Shown here: piece after piece, positions 50,389-59,002 of the stretch | Layout of the letters: each line of letters starts with the position of its first letter | How positions within the stretch are numbered: position 1 is the first letter of the stretch | Assembly: GCA_903901225.1 (NCBI GenBank) | Contig: CAIUQE010000037.1 | Location: 106,580 to 170,579, forward strand | DNA from: Candidatus Omnitrophota bacterium | GTDB lineage: Bacteria > Omnitrophota > Gorgyraeia > Zapsychrales > Fredricksoniimonadaceae | Reading direction: 5' to 3' | Length of the DNA stretch: 64,000 nucleotides | Translations under genes and position numbers: made by a program | The notes under the pieces: generated by a model | Told to the model about the DNA's origin: nothing | Databases searched by the model: none | The model's input: the letters and a program-made list of their open reading frames with translations, nothing else

Positions 50389-51759
50389 TCATCTGACCTG
50401 AGATGAATGATTATGACTTTTTCCAATCTGTTTCGATCGATTCGCCAAATCAATACAGGAATACTGAGTCAACGGATCACTCTCTTGTATAGCTAAAATG
50501 GCCCAAGCGCCACCAACAGCACTCAAACTCCCGGTTGAAGGAGTTTTATTTTCATGTCCGATTTCAGCGTCAGACAAAGTTGCATACGGGAAAGCCAAAC
50601 CACTTGAATCCTCAGAAGCAGCCGCTAGCAATTGTTCCAATAATTGTTCTCTCTTGCTTCGATATATTTCAGCCTTTTTATTCTCACCCAACTGTTTATA
50701 ATCATGCGCCAGTCGGCCATAAGCATTGATCAATTGAAAGGTCCATTCAAAAGAAACCATCTGTAGACGTTTTAGTTCCCCTACTCGTTTTTTGTCAGTA
50801 AAATCAACCCCACGAATAATCATCGTCTTCCCTGCAAGAACAAAAGAACTTTCCGAGAGACAATTTTCTTCAACAAACGCAATCATTCTTTCTGCCGCAC
50901 CAGGTTCAATAAAATTTAATCCATCCACCCCCAGGGCAGAAATCCCCCAACTCTGTACGTCAGTAGCAACCATCTGATCCTTATAGCCACGATTAAACCG
51001 ATGCTCAGACTTGTTCCAGGCATTATTCTTAAGCCACTGCAAACAATTGGCAGCGGCAAGCTGATATGTGTTTTTCTTTGTTACCTGAAACAGTCTCTGA
51101 AATAACGCATAGCCATCAATGGAAACTTCTGTTGCATACACTCGATAAAATTCAGGCATTCCAAGATCGCACCCAATATATTGATCTTTCGAATAGGCAG
51201 GGTCTCCCTTTGGGCCTAACGCGATGCCTCCATAATTAGCATCTTTATTGTCTGAATTCTGCAGGGAAGCGGTGAAGTTCGCGATTTTCTCAGCCAGCTC
51301 TAAATATTTTTGTTCCTTTGTGCTCAGGTAAAGGTTTATAGCGGCAATTCCTATCCAAATATTAGCGCCACCACGAACTGACCAATCTTTTCCTAAGAAA
51401 GTTTTTCCGGCAACATAACACTCAATAATTCCTCCCAAACGCCAGATTTGAGGTGTATCAATATAATAATCCAATATTTTCTTGGCATCGGAATATTTAC
51501 CAACAGCTGAATACGCCAAGGCCACAACCGCCGCATCATACGTTATAGTCCAATGTTGGAATCGAGCATCCCCAACATGACTAAACGGAAGCCCGGTATC
51601 TTGGTCGCTGTTAGTTCTTAACCAATTAGAGAATTTATCGGCATAATTTTGGCTAATATCATTCGAATCTGGGACGGCACATACTGCGGAAGCGCTTAAA
51701 ACAACAAAAAGAAAACTGACGAAGAGAGTACGTGTAATAACGAAACAGTTCGTGTTCAT
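50389..51759 (-). CDS. Secreted protein with probable alpha/alpha-barrel glycoside-hydrolase-like fold
   Basis: 456 aa; signal peptide; recurring aromatic/Ala-rich helical hairpin pattern; family not resolvable. Confidence 0.35.
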   Translation of the reverse strand: MNTNCFVITRTLFVSFLFVVLSASAVCAVPDSNDISQNYADKFSNWLRTNSDQDTGLPFSHVGDARFQHWTITYDAAVVALAYSAVGKYSDAKKILDYYIDTPQIWRLGGIIECYVAGKTFLGKDWSVRGGANIWIGIAAINLYLSTKEQKYLELAEKIANFTASLQNSDNKDANYGGIALGPKGDPAYSKDQYIGCDLGMPEFYRVYATEVSIDGYALFQRLFQVTKKNTYQLAAANCLQWLKNNAWNKSEHRFNRGYKDQMVATDVQSWGISALGVDGLNFIEPGAAERMIAFVEENCLSESSFVLAGKTMIIRGVDFTDKKRVGELKRLQMVSFEWTFQLINAYGRLAHDYKQLGENKKAEIYRSKREQLLEQLLAAASEDSSGLAFPYATLSDAEIGHENKTPSTGSLSAVGGAWAILAIQESDPLTQYSCIDLANRSKQIGKSHNHSSQVR

Positions 51760-52640
51760 GCCCGGATCGCCCGTCCCTTGGCCGACTTGTCATTTTTCTC
51801 CAGCTTCTTTTTCTTCTCCGGCTCTAGAACGTAGTTTTCTTTTGTCGAGACCGGACGACCCAACTCACGCTCCGTCTCTTTCCTGGCATTGCCGGCCACT
51901 CGCCCGCCGCGCTTAGCCGCACCCTCAACTTGCTGATACCCCTGAGCATCTTCCTGCCGTGTAATCTCGGTTGAAACTCGTTCTCCCAGCATAGAAAAGA
52001 TCAGTTCCAAGTCATTCATGTGGTCGCGGAGATTTTCCTTATCCAGCCCTTTGAAATTCTTGTATTCGCTTGGCGTCATACCGAAAGTGGCTTTTGAAAT
52101 TTCTGCGGTCAAGATCGCATATTCCCGTTCCTCAGACACTCCCCGCTTCTTCCACTCATCCGTTAACTCATCCGTTAACTCATCCCTAACCGCAATACCG
52201 CGAACTCGCTTCTCAATCCAGCCCTCGGAATACCCCTTGGCCCGGTAAATATCCTTCATCCTCTTTTGAGCCAATTCAGGGTTGGCTATTTCCTGAACCC
52301 TATCATATCCAACCTCGGCCAACCACTGCTTGAAAGGCTCCGCTTTCTTTGATGGGATCGACTGAATAACTCGAAAGGCATTCTTGGTTGTAACGCAATC
52401 CGTCGCATAAGCCTTTCCGTCAGCAGCCAAAACTTTCAGTTGTCCGATTTTTTCGGACAACTGAAATCCTTCATCAATCAGCCGCTTCTTCAAGTCGGCC
52501 CAATACTTGCGCGCCCGTCCGGTTTCAGTCAATGCCTCAACAATATCAACGACAGAAAACCACCACTCGTCATTGGACCAAACCCGTCTTATCTTCTTGT
52601 TTTGAAACACCACAAGCGACTTGTCTTTGTCCATAAACAA
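51756..52640 (-). CDS. dinD: DinD-like (Bro-N domain) DNA-damage-inducible-type protein
   Basis: 294 aa; N-terminal KSLVVFQNKKIRRVWSNDEWWFSVVDIVEALT matches the Bro-N/DinD signature; contains in-frame 12-nt tandem repeat (ELTDELTDE). Confidence 0.68.
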   Translation of the reverse strand: MFMDKDKSLVVFQNKKIRRVWSNDEWWFSVVDIVEALTETGRARKYWADLKKRLIDEGFQLSEKIGQLKVLAADGKAYATDCVTTKNAFRVIQSIPSKKAEPFKQWLAEVGYDRVQEIANPELAQKRMKDIYRAKGYSEGWIEKRVRGIAVRDELTDELTDEWKKRGVSEEREYAILTAEISKATFGMTPSEYKNFKGLDKENLRDHMNDLELIFSMLGERVSTEITRQEDAQGYQQVEGAAKRGGRVAGNARKETERELGRPVSTKENYVLEPEKKKKLEKNDKSAKGRAIRA

Positions 52641-52750
52641 CCTGTATTTAATAAAGAGTTAATAAATTTATCTGGCAACTCACGCCAAGAGATTAATACC
52701 TCATATATTACCCTGTTTCAAACTTTATTGCCCTGCTTCCTAACAAACGC

Positions 52751-52830
52751 CTTCAAAATCCGCTCAACCTCTGTCCTTTTTCGCATCCATCCGTCAGCCA
52801 AAAGTTTGCAGATATACGTGTTTCATCCAG
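52751..52830. repeat. Island repeat element, copy 2 (full ~80 nt)
   Basis: cttcaaaatccgctcaacctctgtcctttttcgcatccatccg + tcagccaaaagtttgcagatatacgtgtttcatccag. Confidence 0.75.
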
Positions 52831-52903
52831 TACACCTTCCTGCAAAACTTTTAGCGCATCCCAAAGGTTGTGCCGAGCGCGAAGCGCGAGAAGCCACCGT
52901 GGG

Positions 52904-52936
52904 ACAGCCGAAAGTTTGAAGGTAAACTTTGTTCAT
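52904..52936. repeat. Island repeat element, partial copy (second half only) abutting the fic stop codon
   Basis: acagccgaaagtttgaaggtaaactttgttcat, containing the hairpin aaagttt-gaaggt-aaacttt. Confidence 0.6.
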
Positions 52937-52938
52937 AA

Positions 52939-53934
52939 TTAATTCAATTTATTGATCAAATTTGTCACCAATGCCGAAATGACGGCCTTCTCCTTTGGCT
53001 GGCTTTCAGCGATCAGAAGCGTGATGGCGACCAGCGCATTATCCGCAAGGCGTTTGCTGCCGTCAGGCCGATAAAGAATTTTATTCCGGTCCAGGAACCA
53101 AACAAACAGCGCCGCGGCGATACGCTTGTTACCATCTGAAAAAGCATGGTTTTTTACAACCAGATAAAGAAGGTTAGCCGCCTTCTCCTCAACGCTAGGA
53201 TACAAGTCTTTTCCGCCAAACGTCTGATAAATTGCCCCCAAAGCACTCTTGAAAGAGGCATCTTTTTCATTTCCAAACAACCCACTGGCTCCAAACTTCT
53301 TACGCATCTGCTCGATAACATTTATACCTTGCTCATAGGTCAACTGGTAGGACTCTTTAGCAGTCGCCGACTTGATCTTGGTTCGTCCATGGTCATAATC
53401 GTCCAGGATATCCAACCCGTACCTATAATCCCGGATGACCTCGAACAAGCCTTTAGCCTCATCACTCGTTAATGCTTTACGCTCACTCAAATCAGCCAAC
53501 ATCTTCACAGCCTGTTGCAATGTCTTTAAACTGGCCGTATGTTCCTTGAGCCGCTTTTCATTAATGGTATAACCCTGGATCAGATGTTGTTTCAAAACAT
53601 TCGTGGCCCAGATGCGGAATTGCGTCCCCCGCTTGGAATTAACACGATATCCAACGGAAATGATCATATCTAAATTATAAAAAGCTGTCTGATATGTCTT
53701 CCCATCTGCGGCAGTATGTGCAAAAAATGCACATACTGAATCCTCTTTAAGTTCTTTAGAATTCAGTATGTTACGAATATGCTTAGTCACAACGCTACGC
53801 TCAGTTAAAAATAAGTCTGCCATTTGGGCCTGCGTTAACCAAACAGTCTCATCCTTCAACTTAACCTCTAGAGATACTTTTGCCCCTTGAGGATGAAAAA
53901 CGATCAGATCAGTCTTTTTTACTTTATCTTCCAT
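52939..53934 (-). CDS. RhuM-family N-terminal domain fused to a Doc/Fic-family domain (Doc-like motif HAFSDGNKR)
   Basis: 331 aa; N-terminal LTQAQMADLFLTERSVVTKHIRNI (RhuM-like), C-terminal Fic/Doc motif HAFSDGNKRIAAALF. Confidence 0.72.
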   Translation of the reverse strand: MEDKVKKTDLIVFHPQGAKVSLEVKLKDETVWLTQAQMADLFLTERSVVTKHIRNILNSKELKEDSVCAFFAHTAADGKTYQTAFYNLDMIISVGYRVNSKRGTQFRIWATNVLKQHLIQGYTINEKRLKEHTASLKTLQQAVKMLADLSERKALTSDEAKGLFEVIRDYRYGLDILDDYDHGRTKIKSATAKESYQLTYEQGINVIEQMRKKFGASGLFGNEKDASFKSALGAIYQTFGGKDLYPSVEEKAANLLYLVVKNHAFSDGNKRIAAALFVWFLDRNKILYRPDGSKRLADNALVAITLLIAESQPKEKAVISALVTNLINKLN

Positions 53935-53940
53935 AAATCC

Positions 53941-54020
53941 TCTCCAAAATCCTCAATATCATCGTGCGTATCTTCTCCATACGGTCAGCAGAAAGTTTGC
54001 AGATAAACGCGTTTCATCCG
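53941..54020. repeat. Island repeat element, copy 3 (full ~80 nt) just upstream of the fic start
   Basis: Second half tcagcagaaagtttgcagataaacgcgtttcatccg nearly identical to copy 2; contains palindrome aaacgcgttt. Confidence 0.75.
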
Positions 54021-54137
54021 GCGTCCCTCTTTGCCATCACGAGAATTGTGTCGCATATCAGATATTCCCATTATCTCAAAAAAATCTGAACCATTCTTTT
54101 CCTTCGGCACTTAATTTCTAAAATGGAATTCTCTAAA

Positions 54138-54722
54138 TTATGATAAAAGCCGGTGCCGCCAGCATGTCGTCAGGTGATCGTTGACCAGGCCGGTCGCCTG
54201 CATGTGGGCATAAATGATCGTGGAACCGACGAACGACATGCCGCGTTTCTTCAGGTCCTTTGACAACGCATCGCTTTGCAGGCTGGTTACGGGGATGTCT
54301 TTAAACGTCCGGCAACGGTTGACGATCGGCTTTCCACCTACAAAAGACCAGACATACGCGTCAAAACTCCCAAACTCCTGCTGTATCGCCAGGAACACAA
54401 GGGCGTTGCGGCGCGCCGCGAAGATCTTGAGTCTGTTGCGGATAATCCCGGGATCAAGCATCAACTTTTCAAGCTCTCCATCCGTCATGCACGCCACCTT
54501 CAGAGGATCAAAACCATGGAATGCTTTACGATAACCATCCCTTCGGCACAAAATCGTGTACCAACTCAAGCCAGCCTGCGCGCCCTCAAGGATCAGGAAC
54601 TCAAAATGAATCCGGTCATCACGGACAGGCACGCCCCATTCAGTATCGTGATAACGCTGGTAAACCGGCTTGTCCATCCCCGCCCAGGGGCAACGGATCC
54701 TGTCTTTTAATTTCTTAACCAT
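54138..54722 (-). CDS. tag: DNA-3-methyladenine glycosylase I
   Basis: 194 aa; RCPWAGMD ... YQRYHDTEWG zinc-binding Tag signature. Confidence 0.92.
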   Translation of the reverse strand: MVKKLKDRIRCPWAGMDKPVYQRYHDTEWGVPVRDDRIHFEFLILEGAQAGLSWYTILCRRDGYRKAFHGFDPLKVACMTDGELEKLMLDPGIIRNRLKIFAARRNALVFLAIQQEFGSFDAYVWSFVGGKPIVNRCRTFKDIPVTSLQSDALSKDLKKRGMSFVGSTIIYAHMQATGLVNDHLTTCWRHRLLS

Positions 54723-54743
54723 GCGCCATCTCGATTCGCGAGA

Positions 54744-55724
54744 CTATTCCAATAGTTTATACAATCCCGAAGAAGCCCGAAGATATTTATCCCGCAGGAT
54801 CTCCTCCATCCACCGCTTCTTCACGATCTCATTAACCTCGACCCGTGAATCTCCCCAATGCCACCCTTTGCACAAAGGGATCTCATCCCAATAAAGGTTG
54901 TTATAACAGACAACGCGCACTTTTTCATCGGAAATGAACTTGAAGAACGGCCCGAACCATAGTTTCCATGACCCTTCCCCATACCGCGTGCCCGATCCTC
55001 CCGGGGCTGCCGCCGCGACCATGAACCCTTTATGGTGCTCTTTGGCCATTTCAGCGAACTTCTTCATGTAAATATTGGGCTGCCCAAAGACAGACACACC
55101 AAACCAGTCAACGTAATCGTCACCGGGATACCAGTCCGCCCACGGATGCTGCGGCAGGTTTGAAAAAGAATGCCATACAAAGGCGACATTCCTGACCTGC
55201 GCGGCCCTTAACCTTTCAACAATATGACGGAACGCCAGACGGTAGGCCTGCGGCTCATACTTGTTCAACGGAAGATCAAACTCATACCCGATGCGCAAGA
55301 ACACGGGACGCTGCGCTTTTTTGATCCAGGCGCCTATCTTGTCAATATTGCGGTCATAATCACCTTTCACAACGCCGTCAAGCGCCCCCACCATCCAGAG
55401 CCCCATCTGGACAACGCTCTGGGGATATTGGTCGAGCAAATACTGCCCGTGCTGGATCCCGCCGCCATGATCGGCCGCGGACCCCATGGAATCAGCGAGC
55501 TGTATGGAAGTATAGAACATCGTGCCGGCGGGAACGACGCCCGTGGCGCGCGCATAACCATCGATCGAGGGTTTGTCTTCGCCGACGAGAAGAAGGACTT
55601 TCCCTTCGGGCGGCATGAACGGCACCGGCCGCTCCCCGGCCTCGGAACGGGATGGCGCCGAAAGAATGAACGCTACCGCAAAATAAAATATTAGAAATAG
55701 TCTTATATATCTATTTAATGGCAT
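54744..55724 (-). CDS. Secreted glycoside hydrolase, GH26-like (beta-mannanase-type TIM barrel) - tentative
   Basis: 326 aa; signal peptide; clan GH-A-like motifs (RIGYEFDL candidate acid/base, WHSF, WDEIP). Confidence 0.4.
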   Translation of the reverse strand: MPLNRYIRLFLIFYFAVAFILSAPSRSEAGERPVPFMPPEGKVLLLVGEDKPSIDGYARATGVVPAGTMFYTSIQLADSMGSAADHGGGIQHGQYLLDQYPQSVVQMGLWMVGALDGVVKGDYDRNIDKIGAWIKKAQRPVFLRIGYEFDLPLNKYEPQAYRLAFRHIVERLRAAQVRNVAFVWHSFSNLPQHPWADWYPGDDYVDWFGVSVFGQPNIYMKKFAEMAKEHHKGFMVAAAAPGGSGTRYGEGSWKLWFGPFFKFISDEKVRVVCYNNLYWDEIPLCKGWHWGDSRVEVNEIVKKRWMEEILRDKYLRASSGLYKLLE

Positions 55725-55794
55725 TGGTATTCATGCTAAAACAAACTCTTCATCATGTCTACTCTTTCGGGAAAAGATACTGTGGAAGGTTTTT

Positions 55795-56793
55795 TTAGAA
55801 AGACCACAACCAGGACACGGCCACTTCGCGGGGCTTGCCATTAGGGACCACGAGGTTCAATTCCTCCGGTGCGTACCCTTCATCGTACCTTGCGACAGAA
55901 ATATCCAGAGGGTATTTATCGTCGATGACCTCAGGCCGGGGGAAAACTTTTTTAGGGCCTAAGACATGCATGCGGCTGTGACGATCCTCCCGCCCGACAA
56001 CGGGCTGACCGTGTTCGCCTTTGGCCTTGTCCATGAAAAACACGAACATGATCGCCTGTTTACGCCGGTGATTAGATATCCTGGTAAGCTGGAACGGCTT
56101 TTCCCGGATCGCGTCCTCTGAAGAAACCCCTGACACAAAACCCTTTCGGGGATGACCCATGTACTGATACGGGTCGGATAAACTCTTATAGACCGCAACG
56201 ATCAGATTGTCACTGCGCCCGGGACGCTCACTCGCGAACCATGTCTCATCCTCGATCTTCCATGCCCCATCCGCCTTGACCATATGGATCTTTCCTTGCA
56301 TAAGCCCAAGGGTGGAATACCCGCTGACCGCGAATTCACCCCGCCCGTCTTCAACCCTGGAATCAATGATGCGGATATTGCGCGGACGCGTGACCTGAAG
56401 CATGGCAAGGACAACATGCCCGGAAACCCCTGCCTTGACCCTGGCCTTGAGGAATTCAATGTTCTTGTCGACGAGGAACGGCTTCAGGTCATCGATCCGC
56501 GCGGCATTGGAAATGGCGTTGCATATTTTTTCGAAAGCCCTGATATCCGCCTGGTCCGGCGGCACAGCCGCTTCGGCCGTGCTGATCATGGATAACGAAA
56601 GTGCTGTTTTTATCCTGGAGGCGTGATCGATCTGGATGCGGGGGACCGGAGGGATGACTAGTTTGAGATCGGAAAAAACGTATGATACGCGGGAAAGATC
56701 AGGGTCAAGCTCCGCCTCGGCCTTGAAGGCCGGAACAAGAGAGAATGAACAAACAATGAGGGCCCCGATCAACATATTCATCCCGACCACCAC
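55795..56793 (-). CDS. Secreted hypothetical protein
   Basis: 332 aa; N-terminal signal peptide MLIGALIVCSFSLVPAFKAEA; no recognisable family. Confidence 0.35.
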   Translation of the reverse strand: MVVGMNMLIGALIVCSFSLVPAFKAEAELDPDLSRVSYVFSDLKLVIPPVPRIQIDHASRIKTALSLSMISTAEAAVPPDQADIRAFEKICNAISNAARIDDLKPFLVDKNIEFLKARVKAGVSGHVVLAMLQVTRPRNIRIIDSRVEDGRGEFAVSGYSTLGLMQGKIHMVKADGAWKIEDETWFASERPGRSDNLIVAVYKSLSDPYQYMGHPRKGFVSGVSSEDAIREKPFQLTRISNHRRKQAIMFVFFMDKAKGEHGQPVVGREDRHSRMHVLGPKKVFPRPEVIDDKYPLDISVARYDEGYAPEELNLVVPNGKPREVAVSWLWSF

Positions 56794-56979
56794 CTTTCAA
56801 AAACATATCGCATACATCCGCGATCTTTTTTGAAAACTGCGCGCGATGAACCCCGTATTACAAAGATCACGAAGCCTGACCTGCCCTCCCCTGGCCAGCC
56901 TTCCCGTTTAAAGTATAGCACACAAACGAGGCACTAATCTTGATGCCATTTCATGGAAAAACATCAAAAAAAGGAAGGG

Positions 56980-58176
56980 TCAAACGACTTGCTTGAACTT
57001 TTTGGTAAGAAGGGGGACGACTTCAAAGATGTCACCGACGATGCCGTAATTGGCGACACTGAAGATCGGTGCTGAAGGATCGCGGTTGATCGCGATGATG
57101 ATGTCGGAAGATTGCATGCCCACGAGATGCTGGATCTGCCCGGATATGCCGCACGCTATATAAACCTTCGGACAAACGGTCTTGCCGGTCTGGCCCACCT
57201 GATGGGCGTAAGGCATCCACCCCTCATCAATGGCCGCGCGTGAGGCACCGACAGCGCCGTTGAGCACCCCGGCAAGGTCTTCGAGCATCTTGAAATTCGC
57301 GGCGCCAGCCATAGCACGGCCGCCGGATACGATCACGTTCGCCTCGGTAATATTGACCGTGGCGGTGACCGCATCGACCACTTCCAGGACTTTGGTCCGG
57401 GATGTGAAAAATGACCTGTCGAACGCCAATGACTCGATATGGCCTTTCCTGGAGATGTCAGGCGCCAATTCTTTCATGACCTTGTGGCGAACGGTCGCCA
57501 GCTGGGGCCGGTGGTGCCGGGACAAAATCGTGGCCATGATATTGCCGCCAAACGCCGGGCGCGTCTGCAGTAAAAAGCGTTCCTCAAGATTCACGTCCAA
57601 TGCCGTGCAATCAGCGGTCAGCCCGACACGCAACTGGACAGCGACCCTGGATACAACAGAACGTCCAATGGATGTCGCCGGCGACAGGAGTATCTCGGGG
57701 CGATGCTTCCTGATAAGGTTCGCCAGGATACGGGCATAAGGTTCATCCAGGAAATGCTCGAGCTTTGGGTCATCGGTCACATACACCGTATCCGCCCCGC
57801 GCTGGATCAACTCCTGGGCCTTATCCTTGACGCCATGACCCAATAAGACCGCGGCCACGCCAACACCAAGCTTATCGGCCAATTCCCTGGCCTTCCCCAG
57901 CAACTCGAACGCCACAGGCTGGACAACACCCTTTTTCTGTTCAACAAAAACCCAAACACCTTTGTATTTCTCAATATCAGGCGTACGGGTGGTCTCACGG
58001 ATGATCTCGATGGCATTGGTCTTGCGGCACGCTTCAACGCAAGAACTGCACAGGGTGCACTTGTCGAGATCGATAACAGCCTTCTTGTCGACGACCGTGA
58101 TCGCCTCGAAAGGGCATGCCTTCACGCAGAGCGAACAACCGATGCATTTATCTTTGTAAACCGTGATCCCGCTCAT
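56980..58176 (-). CDS. etfA: Electron transfer flavoprotein alpha subunit with N-terminal 2x[4Fe-4S] ferredoxin domain (FixB-like)
   Basis: 398 aa; CIGCSLCVKACP and CTLCSSCVEACR ferredoxin motifs then ETF-alpha FAD-binding domain. Confidence 0.88.
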   Translation of the reverse strand: MSGITVYKDKCIGCSLCVKACPFEAITVVDKKAVIDLDKCTLCSSCVEACRKTNAIEIIRETTRTPDIEKYKGVWVFVEQKKGVVQPVAFELLGKARELADKLGVGVAAVLLGHGVKDKAQELIQRGADTVYVTDDPKLEHFLDEPYARILANLIRKHRPEILLSPATSIGRSVVSRVAVQLRVGLTADCTALDVNLEERFLLQTRPAFGGNIMATILSRHHRPQLATVRHKVMKELAPDISRKGHIESLAFDRSFFTSRTKVLEVVDAVTATVNITEANVIVSGGRAMAGAANFKMLEDLAGVLNGAVGASRAAIDEGWMPYAHQVGQTGKTVCPKVYIACGISGQIQHLVGMQSSDIIIAINRDPSAPIFSVANYGIVGDIFEVVPLLTKKFKQVV

Positions 58177-58219
58177 AGTGATCCCTGATCCTGTTTTAGA
58201 ACTATTTCCCGAAGGACGC

Positions 58220-59002
58220 TCAATAAAGAAGGCCCTTTAAAGAATCCACAAGCTGATCGACCGATCCCTGCGCCTCGCCTTGCAATATCATACCCTGGGC
58301 CCTGGCCGGGGGCGTGAATATCTTCCAGACCTCGGTCGGCGATCCTTTGAGCCCGATGCGGTCAGCCTCAGCCTCAATATCAACGGCTTTCCATGCCTGG
58401 ATCACCGCGCTTTTGGCTTTCATCTTCCCTTTCAAGGAAGGCAAACGCGGCGTATTGATCTCTTTCACGACCGTGATCAGGCACGGCAACTTGGTCTGGA
58501 CGACCTCATACCCTTCCTCGGTCGAACGCTCGGCCGTGATCTCGCCGTCCTTGACGTCGCTGATCTTGCGGACATACGTGATCTGGGGGATGTCCAGCAT
58601 GGCGGCGATCCCCGGCCCGACCTGGGCGGTGTCACCGTCAATGGCCTGCTTCCCGCAAATGATCACATCGTAATCTTTGATCTTGGCAATAGCCTTGGAA
58701 AGCGTATACCCTGTGGCCAGCGTATCCGACCCGGCGAAAGCACGGTCACTGACAAGAATAGCATCATCGCAACCAAGGGAAATAGCCTCCCGAAGCACTC
58801 CCTCCGCCTGCGGAGGCCCCATGGTAATAGCCGTGACCTTGCCACCGAATTTTTCTTTCAGGCGGACGCCTTCTTCAATGGCATAAGCGTCAAAAGGATT
58901 GATGATCGACTTGACGCCTTCCCTGACAAGGTTCTTGGTGACCGGATCGATCCTGACCTCTGTGGTGTCGGGGACCTGTTTGATGCAGACAATGACGTTC
59001 AT
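58220..59002 (-). CDS. etfB: Electron transfer flavoprotein beta subunit
   Basis: 260 aa; MNVIVCIKQVPD ... conserved ETF-beta core. Confidence 0.9.
   Translation of the reverse strand: MNVIVCIKQVPDTTEVRIDPVTKNLVREGVKSIINPFDAYAIEEGVRLKEKFGGKVTAITMGPPQAEGVLREAISLGCDDAILVSDRAFAGSDTLATGYTLSKAIAKIKDYDVIICGKQAIDGDTAQVGPGIAAMLDIPQITYVRKISDVKDGEITAERSTEEGYEVVQTKLPCLITVVKEINTPRLPSLKGKMKAKSAVIQAWKAVDIEAEADRIGLKGSPTEVWKIFTPPARAQGMILQGEAQGSVDQLVDSLKGLLY

Noticed and set aside
47533-53934. Prophage remnant (SLT, DinD/Bro-N, Fic, AAA ATPase)
   Set aside because: No integrase, terminase, capsid/tail or repressor genes and no flanking tRNA or att duplication. The gene content fits a defence/cargo island at least as well, so it is not called a prophage.
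47486-54137. Integron / CALIN interpretation of the repeat-separated, co-oriented island genes
   Set aside because: No intI-type tyrosine recombinase and no attI in the window. The ~80-nt repeats lack the canonical attC R''/L''-L'/R' inverted-repeat architecture and the GTTRRRY core. The repeats are kept as an unexplained family rather than called attC sites.
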